The notes under the pieces were generated by a model. The model ran no database searches, was not told the DNA's origin, and was given only the letters and a program-made list of their open reading frames with translations. A program made the position numbers and the translations under genes. From positions 2,368,001-2,432,000 of the forward strand of contig OY969763.1 in NCBI GenBank assembly GCA_963702845.1: a DNA stretch of 64,000 nucleotides. The letters are read 5' to 3'. This DNA is from an uncultured Verrucomicrobiae bacterium (GTDB lineage: Bacteria > Verrucomicrobiota > Verrucomicrobiia > Limisphaerales > Palsa-1400). Within the stretch, counting starts at the first letter, position 1, and each line of letters starts with the position of its first letter. Shown one piece after another: positions 1 through 10,300 of this stretch.

Positions 1-801
1 CGTGCTGGGTATCGACATGCCAACATACGCGACGATAAAGATCGCCAGTTGCACTTCAATCGGGAACTGAAATCCGTATGCCCATAGCACGACTAAAAAT
101 GCGAAACATTGAACGACGAACTTAAGTAGAGACACGGCTAGTGCGGCCACGAGGACATGCGACCGACCAATCGTACGCACCTCTTCGAGCATGTGAACGC
201 TCGACTCACGAAGTTTCTGAACCCACGTTGAACGATCGAGTCCGTGAGAAGTTTGCTTCGAAGTTCTACGTTTTCGAAACACGATCCATCCACCGATGAT
301 CAGCCCAAACACAATGATGCCCGCCCAAATTTCTGCCACCCGCGAGATATTCGCGGGCAACGGAAAAAATATCGCCGCAATTCCAATCCCAAGCGCCAGC
401 CATATCCCGTCCAGCAGCCGTTCAACCAGGAGCGACGGGACGACAGAGGTAAACTTTGTCTGCAGCCAGCGGGACATTAGAAATACACGCACAACATAGC
501 CGACGTGAACCGGCAAAACATCGTTCGCAAATCGCCCGGCAAATACCGCTTGAGTTGCTCGAGCAATTGAAACCTTGCCTACCGGTCTAAGTAACAACTG
601 CCACACCCATGCGCCACAGACGTAAACCAGAAGATCGAGCACGACTGCCGGCACGATCATCCACCAGCGCACCTCGTGCAGCGGTTCCAGCAACTCGCCC
701 AGATGTATGTCGTGAAATACCCAATACAAACAGACCGCCGCGATCCCGTAGCTGACGACCCAGCGAACCAGCGCGTTCGACCATTTGGTTTTATGATCCA
801 C
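1..801 (-). CDS. Lysylphosphatidylglycerol synthase TM-region / UPF0104 flippase-like membrane protein (3' end beyond window)
   Basis: Not in the ORF track. Manual translation from GTG at 801: VDHKTKWSNALVRWVVSYGIAAVCLYWVFHDI...GRFANDVLPVHVGYVVRVF...LLVERLLDG...VGMSIPST; open to base 1, multiple TM segments, N-x-LP and ER-x-x-D motifs. Confidence 0.8.
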   Translation of the reverse strand, partial: MDHKTKWSNALVRWVVSYGIAAVCLYWVFHDIHLGELLEPLHEVRWWMIVPAVVLDLLVYVCGAWVWQLLLRPVGKVSIARATQAVFAGRFANDVLPVHVGYVVRVFLMSRWLQTKFTSVVPSLLVERLLDGIWLALGIGIAAIFFPLPANISRVAEIWAGIIVFGLIIGGWIVFRKRRTSKQTSHGLDRSTWVQKLRESSVHMLEEVRTIGRSHVLVAALAVSLLKFVVQCFAFLVVLWAYGFQFPIEVQLAIFIVAYVGMSIPST

Positions 802-808
802 TCGGGTG

Positions 809-1762
809 TCAGCTTTTCGGTTTGCTGAAGACCGTTGGCACCCCTTCTTCGAGGATCCGCAAATGATGACTCAGATTATGAACAGCGGCGAGTTCGCGCA
901 ACCAGCGTGGCGGTTCGTCCATGTCTTCGAACGATAATCGGAACGCGCCGTAGTGCATCGGCACCAGCCACTGCGCCCGCAGGTCGCGAAATACTTTGAT
1001 CGTCTCGTCGGGCCCCATGTGCACGTGCCGGAACGAGTCAGGAAAATAGGCGCCAATTGGCAACATCGCGATCTCCGGCGGACAGAGGCGGCCAATTTCC
1101 TTGAAGCCGTTGAAATAGGCACTGTCGCCGGCATGGTAAAGCCGGCGTCCCTGATGTTCGAGAAGGAAGCCTCCGTAACCGCGGTGCTCATCACGAATGA
1201 CGCGGGCGCCCCAGTGCTTTGTCGGCGTCAAAGTTACGCGCCAATCGCCATGCGAAAAGCTTTCCCACCATTGCAACTCAATGACACGTTCAAAACCAAT
1301 GTCCGATGCCAAATCTCCGACACCCCATGGAACCACAGCGATTTTGGGAGAAATCAATTTGCGCAAAGTTGGCTTATGAAAGTGATCGAAATGTGCGTGG
1401 GTCAGCAAAACCAAATCAATTGGCGGCAAATCTTCAACCCGCAAACCAGCGCGCTTGACCCGTTTCAAAAAGAACAGCCAATTGGCAAAGTTCGGATCGA
1501 TCAGGACATTTAAATCCGTAAACTGCGCCAGAAATGACGCGTGCCCGATCCATGTTAACGCGACCTGTCCCTCTGTCAGTCTCGGAAACTTCGGTTTGTT
1601 ATGCTCTCCGGTGCGTGGAGTCAGCAGCGCTTTCCAAACCATCTCGTAAAAGAATTTGCTCGGTTTAAAATGACGGCTGGGAGTCAGGTCTTTAAACGAC
1701 CTGGGCAGCTTCTTGCGGACCTTCCCCGTTGGCGGGGAACTGATCGAATCTTTTTCAATCAT
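809..1762 (-). CDS. MBL-fold metallohydrolase (NAPE-PLD/RomA-like)
   Basis: TWIGHASFL, THAHFDH, YHAGDSAY, LPIGAY, HMGP, PMHYG motifs. Confidence 0.9.
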   Translation of the reverse strand: MIEKDSISSPPTGKVRKKLPRSFKDLTPSRHFKPSKFFYEMVWKALLTPRTGEHNKPKFPRLTEGQVALTWIGHASFLAQFTDLNVLIDPNFANWLFFLKRVKRAGLRVEDLPPIDLVLLTHAHFDHFHKPTLRKLISPKIAVVPWGVGDLASDIGFERVIELQWWESFSHGDWRVTLTPTKHWGARVIRDEHRGYGGFLLEHQGRRLYHAGDSAYFNGFKEIGRLCPPEIAMLPIGAYFPDSFRHVHMGPDETIKVFRDLRAQWLVPMHYGAFRLSFEDMDEPPRWLRELAAVHNLSHHLRILEEGVPTVFSKPKS

Positions 1763-1849
1763 TGCTAAACAATATAGAGCAGAGGCCGCGCCACACCAAA
1801 TTTGAGTGAGGCACTGGTAATTCCGCCATTTCTGGTTTAATACATCATC

Positions 1850-2401
1850 GTGTCACTCGAACAACAACTCGATAAATTTCTGCGTAAAAAACCGACGCTT
1901 GGCGAGCACGTTTATATCGCCTCGTCGGCCATCGTCGTTGGTGACGTCACGCTCGGTGAACATTCAAGCGTTTGGTACAATGCTGTACTTCGCGGTGACA
2001 TCAACCGGATTGTCGTAGGTCATCACAGCAATATTCAGGACAACGCAGTGCTTCACCTCGCCGACGATTATGCCTGCATTGTCGGCAATTATGTCACGGT
2101 CGGCCATTCCGCAATCGTCCATGCGTGCACCGTTGGCGACGAGTGCCTGATTGGCATGGGGGCGACGATTCTTGATGGCGCGGAAATCGGCGAACAATCA
2201 TTGATCGGCGCAAACGCACTGGTGAAACAAGGCATGAAAGTGCCGCCCGGGTCTCTGGTCCTCGGCTCGCCCGGCAAGATTGTGAAAGAGCTGACTGCCG
2301 ATGAACGCAAGCAACTGAAATATTGGGCCACGAAATACGTCGACAACGCTGCCTATTGTTTGAAGCACAAGATCAACGTCGGCGCGGCGCTCCCAAGCTA
2401 G
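1850..2401 (+). CDS. Gamma carbonic anhydrase family hexapeptide-repeat protein (YrdA-like)
   Basis: VLRGD, SNIQDNAVLH, VTVGHSAIVHAC, LIGMGA motifs. Confidence 0.92.
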   Translation: MSLEQQLDKFLRKKPTLGEHVYIASSAIVVGDVTLGEHSSVWYNAVLRGDINRIVVGHHSNIQDNAVLHLADDYACIVGNYVTVGHSAIVHACTVGDECLIGMGATILDGAEIGEQSLIGANALVKQGMKVPPGSLVLGSPGKIVKELTADERKQLKYWATKYVDNAAYCLKHKINVGAALPS

Positions 2402-2404
2402 AGT

Positions 2405-4969
2405 TTAGTCCAGTTGCAGAACGCGATAGTACCGTTGCTGATCGACCGATGGCAGGTTGGTGAAAGACAGCGAACTCCCGGACGCGCGGAGGTCCAGTCC
2501 AATCTCGCGCCACTTCGCGCCGTTTAAGTCGAACTTGTACTGCACGCGATACGTTTTTCCAGAATACGAAGACCACGATAAAATTGCGGCGCTGTTTGTA
2601 ACCGCCGCCGTGATTAACACGGGCGCGGCGACAGGCACATTGAACGGTACAACGAGAATGTTGTTGTTCTCGTTTCCCTCGGCGAACCGATTGATGTCAT
2701 CGACGTTTGCGATGAGTTGATGCGCCCCGGCAGTGCCTGGCCAATAATTGACGCCATTTGGCCCACCATCCGCCGTCACCGTGATCGTTGCGCCTGCGGC
2801 GACTGAAGTTGAATAACCCGACGACCAACTAACAACGCCCCCCGAATCGATTGAGTATCCAACGCCAAGCGTGATCCCCGACGGGGTTGCTGCGCCGCCC
2901 TGATTTTTCACGGTCGCGCGAAAAACCACATTGCTTCCCACGCCAAGGGTTGCGGGCGTCCACGACACTCCGGTAAGGATGACATCGGGCAGCGCATTCG
3001 TGGCCGTTGCTGAAACTTGCGCCGAATTTGCACTTTCCCCTGCTCCGTTCACCGCAGAAACAACATAGTAATAAATGCCCGCTGCGACCGAAGTGTCGAC
3101 ATAAAGGGCGTCAAAAATATTCGTCGCGATAACCGAATACGGCCCACCATTGATCGACGCCCGCTTCACCCGAAACTGTGTTGCGCCGCTCGGCACGCTC
3201 CAATTGAGCGTGATATTTCCAGGACCAACAGCCGCGCTTAATCCCGCGGGGGCTTCCGGAATCGAATTAGTTGGATTAGCGACGATCTCGATCCCATTGC
3301 ACGCCGCATTGTTTAGAACAGTTATAAATTCGATTGTGATTCGGCCACCCGCATCTGGAATGGCGTTGAACTCCTGAACGTTCGCTTTGAACTGGCCACC
3401 TGCGGCTGCAAAAATATCAAATGAACTCAATACCGTTGCGCCATTGATCTTCACATTGAAAAGTCGTTGACCAGAACTGGTAAAGTAGACCTCGGCAAAA
3501 TGCAGACGCACCTTGTAACTGCCCGGCGCGAGGTTTGGAATCGTATACATCATCGTCTGATATCGCTGGGTTTGATAGACCGCCATCGGCGCAGGATTCA
3601 CCACGCCGTTCGTATCAACGCTCGTGGCAGTTGAGAACGTCAGTCCTCCAACAAAAAACGTGTCATCGATAAATGCTCCCTCTGCGCCGCCTGAACAGTT
3701 GATCTTCGGTGGTGCCGCTGCGCCCGAGACTTCGATGGAATTATCGCTTTCGCCAAAAGCATTCAACGCGCTCACCACGTAATAATAGGTCGCTCCGCTA
3801 AGCGCGTTGGTGTCCGTGAAAATCACGTTACTGACACCTTCAGTCACATTTCTTGCAATGACGGAATATGGTCCGCCAGCGATATTGCTTCGTTTGATGT
3901 TGTAAGTCGTCGGATTAAGAGGCGCATTCGTCCACGTTAACATCAGCAAGTTCGCGCCGTTCGCGCTGAGTCCCAGCGGAACGGGTGGCGCGTTTGTTGG
4001 ATCCAACAAATAGCGATGAAACCATCCTGTAATCGGTTCCAATTCGAACGATGGCCAACCCGACGAATCGCCGTTTTCGAATAGCGTGCAACCGAGCAGA
4101 TACGAATCCTGGCGCATCTGATAATCGAACCAGTTCAGCCAACGCTCATATTGACCGGCAGTCCCTCGTGCCTGCCAACCGGACGTGAACGGATCACCTG
4201 ACTGATCAACTCCACCCTCCGTCAGGATGAGCGGCATGTCATTCAAGTCAGGAAAGTTCTGCGCGAAATACGAGTAGAACTGTCGGTAACGTAGCGACCA
4301 CCAAATTTCCGCAGCAACGTCAGTCGAATATTGCACGGTGTAGGCGTGATAACTCCAGGCACCACCCACCGCCTTCGCCTGCCGCAACGCCGGCACGAAG
4401 TAACCCAGCAGCGAGAAAGGGTCGATGTTTCCCACTGAAATGCTACCGATACACGGCTTGATTCCGGCAGCGACGACTTTTGGCGTTAGATTCGTCCAGA
4501 ATTGATTAAGCCACTGCGACGCCTGCACCTGCTGATCGAAAGGATAACCAATCGTTGGCGTCTGCCCCTCGTTCGGTCCTTCCATGTAATCGATCAGTGC
4601 GCGATCCGATGCTCCGATCGAATTCAATGCCGGCTGAATAATGGTGCTCCAAAAATCATTAGCGCTCGCGGTGGGATCGTTCGTCATGAAGTATATCTTG
4701 GGCGAATACACCCGGACGACGATTTTCCCGGTTGGCACTTTCGTTTTGTAATCGCGCATCGCCTGCACCATGCCCGGCGGAAACCCTGAATCGAGCGCGA
4801 GCACTTTGAGCAATCGCGGCTTACCCGACACAATGTTTGAAGAACCAACGGTATATGCGTTGATCAGGTGCGCGCTCAACTTGCTGGCAGATTGCCCGCG
4901 CGCACAAATTCCGAACACGCAAAAAGCAATCACAAGAAGAGTGCACAGGTTGGGTTTGCGCAGGCTCAT
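2405..4969 (-). CDS. Secreted modular protein: putative clan GH-A catalytic domain + FN3 + malectin + FN3 + CARDB + C-terminal RYYRV domain
   Basis: Signal peptide; GPNEG/YHAY/LTEGG; two FN3 (YYYVVSA-N-GES); malectin (YKVRLHFAE...GQRLFNVKING); CARDB (PDV...TVKNQG...EGNENNN). Confidence 0.8.
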   Translation of the reverse strand: MSLRKPNLCTLLVIAFCVFGICARGQSASKLSAHLINAYTVGSSNIVSGKPRLLKVLALDSGFPPGMVQAMRDYKTKVPTGKIVVRVYSPKIYFMTNDPTASANDFWSTIIQPALNSIGASDRALIDYMEGPNEGQTPTIGYPFDQQVQASQWLNQFWTNLTPKVVAAGIKPCIGSISVGNIDPFSLLGYFVPALRQAKAVGGAWSYHAYTVQYSTDVAAEIWWSLRYRQFYSYFAQNFPDLNDMPLILTEGGVDQSGDPFTSGWQARGTAGQYERWLNWFDYQMRQDSYLLGCTLFENGDSSGWPSFELEPITGWFHRYLLDPTNAPPVPLGLSANGANLLMLTWTNAPLNPTTYNIKRSNIAGGPYSVIARNVTEGVSNVIFTDTNALSGATYYYVVSALNAFGESDNSIEVSGAAAPPKINCSGGAEGAFIDDTFFVGGLTFSTATSVDTNGVVNPAPMAVYQTQRYQTMMYTIPNLAPGSYKVRLHFAEVYFTSSGQRLFNVKINGATVLSSFDIFAAAGGQFKANVQEFNAIPDAGGRITIEFITVLNNAACNGIEIVANPTNSIPEAPAGLSAAVGPGNITLNWSVPSGATQFRVKRASINGGPYSVIATNIFDALYVDTSVAAGIYYYVVSAVNGAGESANSAQVSATATNALPDVILTGVSWTPATLGVGSNVVFRATVKNQGGAATPSGITLGVGYSIDSGGVVSWSSGYSTSVAAGATITVTADGGPNGVNYWPGTAGAHQLIANVDDINRFAEGNENNNILVVPFNVPVAAPVLITAAVTNSAAILSWSSYSGKTYRVQYKFDLNGAKWREIGLDLRASGSSLSFTNLPSVDQQRYYRVLQLD

Positions 4970-4997
4970 TGGTTGCGTGCAGCTTACAGAGCCATTG

Positions 4998-7223
4998 CTA
5001 CTGCTTCAATGCGTTTAACTGCGCTTGCAATTGAGGATCGTTGGGGCGCAGTCGCAGAGCTTCGCGATATTCTGCTTCCGCTTCCGAGCGTTTGCCGGCA
5101 CGTGCCAAAGCCGTGGCGTAGTTCGCGTGAGTTCCGGAATCACCTCCGTGCAACTGCACTGACCGGGCGTAATGCTCGAGCGCCTCTGGCATTTTCCCAA
5201 GCTCCATATAAACATTCGCGAGATTGTTTTCCGTTTGTCCATCACTGGGGTTGAGCTTCAGAGCCGATTGATATTCAGCAACCGCCTCGTCTTTTCGGTG
5301 CAGCGCCGCGTAAACATTACCCAGACTACCGTGGCCGCTCTCATCATTTGGATGCTCGCTCACAAACGCCTGAAAATGCGGCAACGCATCCTCAAAACGT
5401 CCCGCCATCGCCAGCATCATTCCGCATTCGTAGTGCGCCAAAGCCAGATTCGATCGCAAGCTCAGCGCCGTTTCGAACTCCTTCTTCGCATGTTCCACGT
5501 CCTCCAAAGCATGATATGCGCTACCAGCGTTGTAGTGCGACTCCGCTGAATTTGGATTGATTTGCAACGCAATCAACGCCTGTTCCAGAGCCTCTTTCGG
5601 ACGGTTCGCTTTTAGCAAAGCGTTCGCGAGATTATTCCGGCAATCAGCGAATCCACTCCGAATTTGAATGGCCGCTTCATATTCCTTGATGCCTTCGTCC
5701 AAACGACCTTTATCAACCAATGCGATACCGTAGTTGAAATGGAAATTAGCCATTTGCGGCTGAATCTTAACAGCCTGTTGAAGATGATCGAGAGCTTCGT
5801 CCAATACTCTTTCGGCGCCCTGCTTGTTCGAACTTTTCCATTCCTCGTATTTCGCCACAAGAGCGTTTCCCAAATTGCTATGCGCATCGCCAAAATCAGA
5901 TTTGATGGCGACAGCTTGTTTATAAATCTTAATGGACTCGTCCGTCTTCTGCTTCGCACCAATTGCATTACCCAAATTGTTGTAAGCCATCCACGCGTTT
6001 GGATTGCGGGCGATCGTATCCGTCCAAAGCGTTTCCTCATTCTGATAAACCGACGCCCGAATCCAGGTCGACAACGACAAAAATGAGAGCACAGCAATGG
6101 CCATCCCCACCGAAACCGATGCTGGCCACTTCGCTTTCTGAACGAAGTAAGCGACGCTGCAAACCGCAAACGGAATACTCACAAGCAGTGCCAGATACTG
6201 CCAATGATCCGCCACCCGAGAGAACACCAGGAAATACATATTGAAGAAGCCCATCACCGGAAACAGTGTGACCATAAACGCCAACAGCGCAAAAACTACA
6301 TGCCGCCCCCATGTTCTCCGGAACCGCCATCCGACACCGAGCACCGCAACAATTACGAGCGCCGGGATGTATTCAACAACCGAGCGCCAGTCGATCGCCC
6401 ACTGCGGATAAATCACCATGATATTCCACGGTACCCACGCCTTCCACAGATAGAACCAAACCGCTCGCGTCGCTGCGGCGAACTGCCCTGCCCTATTCAA
6501 ATCTTGAATCATCTCTCCACCGATCGCGCGGTGATTCTGAAACCAAATCGCCGCCAACGCCTCCCCGAAGGCCAACACGAAAAAGGGCGCCAACCGAAAA
6601 AAGTCTGCGCGGGTTAACGTTCGATTCTTCCACCAAACCAGCAACAACAACACCGCCGGCAACACCACGACCGAACCCTTCGTTAACAGCGTAAAAACAA
6701 ACACAACGAGCGCCACCGCGTAATTTCGCGAACTCGGTTTTTCTTCGAAGCGCAAATAAAAGAGCAGCGTCCAAAGATAAAAAATAAGCGAAACCGTGTT
6801 CTTCTGTTCCGACACCCAGGCCGCCGACGCCGCGCAAACCGGATGCAGCGCAAAGACCGCCGCTGCAAGCCATGCGCCCGGCAATCGCAATCGCAGCAGA
6901 ACACGCCAAAGCAAAACCGCCCCGAGCGCATGCAACAACACATTGACGATATGAAACCCAACTGGATTATTCCCCCACAACTGCCACTGCAACCAAATGG
7001 CGCTCAAGGTTACGGGAATATGGTCCGCTGGCTTGTTGGTAAACCAAATGTCGTACAAGCCCGACGCCGTGCGCAGCATTTTATTATCCGTCACCATGAA
7101 GCTATCGTCCCAAATAAAAGTCGCATGCAACACCGGCAGGTAACAGACACAAGTCACCGCCACCAGCAGAAGTCCCCAAAACCATTGTTTTTGTGCAGGC
7201 CGCAAGCCATCCAGCATTCGCAA
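4998..7223 (-). CDS. TMTC-like GT-C membrane glycosyltransferase with C-terminal TPR repeats
   Basis: FIWDD in first loop, HIVNVLLH, FALHPV, about 11 TM segments, then NEETLW and many TPR repeats (AYNNLGNA, AHSNLG). Confidence 0.82.
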   Translation of the reverse strand: MRMLDGLRPAQKQWFWGLLLVAVTCVCYLPVLHATFIWDDSFMVTDNKMLRTASGLYDIWFTNKPADHIPVTLSAIWLQWQLWGNNPVGFHIVNVLLHALGAVLLWRVLLRLRLPGAWLAAAVFALHPVCAASAAWVSEQKNTVSLIFYLWTLLFYLRFEEKPSSRNYAVALVVFVFTLLTKGSVVVLPAVLLLLVWWKNRTLTRADFFRLAPFFVLAFGEALAAIWFQNHRAIGGEMIQDLNRAGQFAAATRAVWFYLWKAWVPWNIMVIYPQWAIDWRSVVEYIPALVIVAVLGVGWRFRRTWGRHVVFALLAFMVTLFPVMGFFNMYFLVFSRVADHWQYLALLVSIPFAVCSVAYFVQKAKWPASVSVGMAIAVLSFLSLSTWIRASVYQNEETLWTDTIARNPNAWMAYNNLGNAIGAKQKTDESIKIYKQAVAIKSDFGDAHSNLGNALVAKYEEWKSSNKQGAERVLDEALDHLQQAVKIQPQMANFHFNYGIALVDKGRLDEGIKEYEAAIQIRSGFADCRNNLANALLKANRPKEALEQALIALQINPNSAESHYNAGSAYHALEDVEHAKKEFETALSLRSNLALAHYECGMMLAMAGRFEDALPHFQAFVSEHPNDESGHGSLGNVYAALHRKDEAVAEYQSALKLNPSDGQTENNLANVYMELGKMPEALEHYARSVQLHGGDSGTHANYATALARAGKRSEAEAEYREALRLRPNDPQLQAQLNALKQ

Positions 7224-7344
7224 AGAATATCAGAGCCGCGCGCGTCAGCAAGCGGCTTACCACAGCCTGCTTGATACTCTGACAAAATCGCGCACACTAA
7301 GAGATTCGATAGACGAAACAATTTTTAGAATTACGTAAATATAT

Positions 7345-10300
7345 ATGGCAACAGCCCCTTCATCCGATCGCCCCACCAAACGCCGTGGAATACTTTTCAA
7401 ACTTTCGATGGTCCTGCTCGTCCTCGTGGTCCTGGTGATCGCGGCATTCTTCGTCGTCACCAGCAGCGCCTTCTTCAAAGGCGTCATCCTGCCGAAAGTC
7501 GGTGCGAGCATGAATTCGGACATCACCGTCAGCAGCGCCTCCATTGGCCTCTCGGAGGTGGTGCTCAACGATTTAAAACTCGTGCCGCACGGACACGATC
7601 AACTGCTCCAGGCACAACTCGTGCGCACCCGCTTTTCGCTGAGCGACATCATTGGAGGCAACATCGTCGTTCACGAACTGACGCTGCAATCGCCAGTTAT
7701 CAACATCGTCAAGGACGCCGATGGCACCAGCAATCTCGACCCGCTGACGCAACAAACGAAAACGACCACGGAAGAAAAGAAACCGTCCACCACAACTGAG
7801 ACCAAGGCGAAAAAAGAACAGAAGATCGACATCACCAACGTCTCCATCAAAAACGCGCAGGTCACGATGACCGAGAAACTCAAAGGCGGCGCGCAAAAGG
7901 TCACGCAAATTTCGAACTTCGATTTCGCCGTTGATAAACTCCAAAATGGCGCGCCCGGCAAACTCCAAATCAGTGGCGACGCAAAAGTCGATCAGCCTGG
8001 TGTTGCAGACAGCGAAGCCGGAGCGTTGGCAGCCAAACTCGCGGTCAATTTCAATTACAAACTCGCTAACGATCTCTCACCCCAATCCGCCGACGGCACC
8101 GCACAAGTCCAAATCACCAGCGCCACCGGTTCCATGGCCGAACTCTCAACCGCCGCCATCAACTTGAACTGCAATCTGACACCCACCGAGATCCAGAATT
8201 TTGCTTTGCAATTTCAACGTGGTGGAAACGCCCTGGGCGAATTGCGCGTTAATGGTCCATTCTCCGTTGAAAAAAAAGAAGGTCGCTTCAATGTGAGCCT
8301 GCTTGGACTCGATCGTCAGGTCTTGAATTTCGTCGGTGCAACGCACGGTATCGATTTCAATCAGACGAAAATCAGTTCGACAAACCAGGTTGAACTTCAA
8401 CAGGGCGGCAATACCATCGCTGTCAGCGGCAATTTTGATGCCTCGCAATTCAGCATCACCAAAAAAGCTGATAATCAAACGACTCCTCCGCTCGACCTGC
8501 ACATCGCTTATCAGGTCACCGTCGATCAAAACAAACAATCGGCGTTACTTCAAAAGCTGGAAATCAATGGTGTTCAAAACCAAAACGAATTTCTGACCGG
8601 CACATTATCTAAACCAATGCCGGTGAGCTGGGGCCAGGGCGCAGGCGTTCCTGAAGAAGCAGCGTTCAACTTGAAGGTCAACAACCTCAACCTCGCCGAT
8701 TGGAAAAGTCTCGCAGGCGACCTCGCGCCTTCCGGTGCCGCAACGCTCAGCTTGAACCTCGTTTCGCGCAATGCTGGCAAACAACTCACACTCGATCTCA
8801 GTTCGCACCTCGCAAACTTCGCCGCCAAATTCGGCAGCAACCAAATCGCCAACGCCGACATTCAACTCACCGCCAAAGGCCAGGTCGATGACTTCAAGAA
8901 GGTCAACTTGAGCGAATACCAACTGCAGCTCGCGCAAAACGGCCAGGCAGCGGCAACGATTGCCGGCTCAGGCACAGTTGACACTGCAACAAAGGCCGCC
9001 GACCTCAAAACGACTGTTCAAGCGAACTTGCCACAACTGCTCCACATCGCCTCCATTCCCGATCTTTCTGTGAGCTCCGGTGACGTAAAGTTCGACGGGC
9101 GTATCATTCAAACCGGCAACACACAATCGCTCGATATACAACTCGCTACGGTTAACCTCAGCGCCAAATCCGGCAGCAATCAAATTTCAAACGCCGACAT
9201 CCAACTCACAGCAAAAGGCCAGGTCACTGACTCCAAAAAGATCAATCTGAGCGAATACAAACTTCAGCTCGCGCGACAAGGACAACCCGCGGTCACCATC
9301 GCCGGCTCTGGCTCCGTTGATACGTCAACAAAATCCACCGATGTAAAAACAACACTGCAAGCCAGCCTGCCCCAGTTGCTACACATCGTCTCGGTTCCAA
9401 ATCTCGCCATCAGTTCTGGCGACGTGAACTTCGACGGCCACATCATCCAAAACGGAAACGCACAAACCCTCAACGGCAAATTCGGCCTGATCAATCTGTC
9501 CGGGAACTATGACAAAACGAAACTCGATCGCCTCGCCGTACAAATGAACGCTGACATCGCGATGACTGGTGCTGACGTGAATATCAAAAAACTGAACGGC
9601 AACCTCACTCAAGCCGATCAGCCAGCCGGCAACTTTGACGTCAGCGGCACCTTGAACCTCAGTAATAAAGTCGGCCAAATTACCGCTAAGCTCGCCGGCT
9701 TCAACGAACGTGCCCTCGGCCCATTCCTCGCCCCTTCACTCAACGGCAAACAACTCGTCAGCGTTCAAATCGACGGCAGCGCCGCGGCAAACCTGCAAAG
9801 CGCTAATTCCGGTTCAGTCAACGCTGACCTCACCGTGACAAACCTCCTCGTGCGCGACCCCGCCCACCCCAGCACCAACGCACCGCTGAACGCGCATTTT
9901 GCTGTCGACGGCTCAATGCAAGCCAACGTCTTCAATCTCAAACAAGCCCGGATCGCGCTCTCTCCAACTCAACGCGCCAAGAATGAAGTGGAACTATCCG
10001 GACAGGTTGACATCTCCAAAAGCAACAGCCTCATGGCCAATCTCACCGTAAAGTCAGACGCTCTGGACGTGACCGAATTCTACGATCTCGCCTCCAAGCC
10101 GACGACATCGACATCGGCCGAACACCCCAACGCGGCGCCTGCTCAACAAGCGGCCAGCGCTGCTCCATCAACAACCAATCCAAACGCCGAACCCGAGCCG
10201 GTCCACCTTCCAATCGGCCTGGCGACGGTCGACGTGAACATCGCCCATTGCTATGTGCATGACCTCGACGTAGCGGTCAAAGGAAACCTAAAGATCAGCG

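Noticed and set aside
244..784. Track ORFs 244..480, 296..499 and 587..784
   Set aside because: Shadows of the real minus-strand CDS starting at 801
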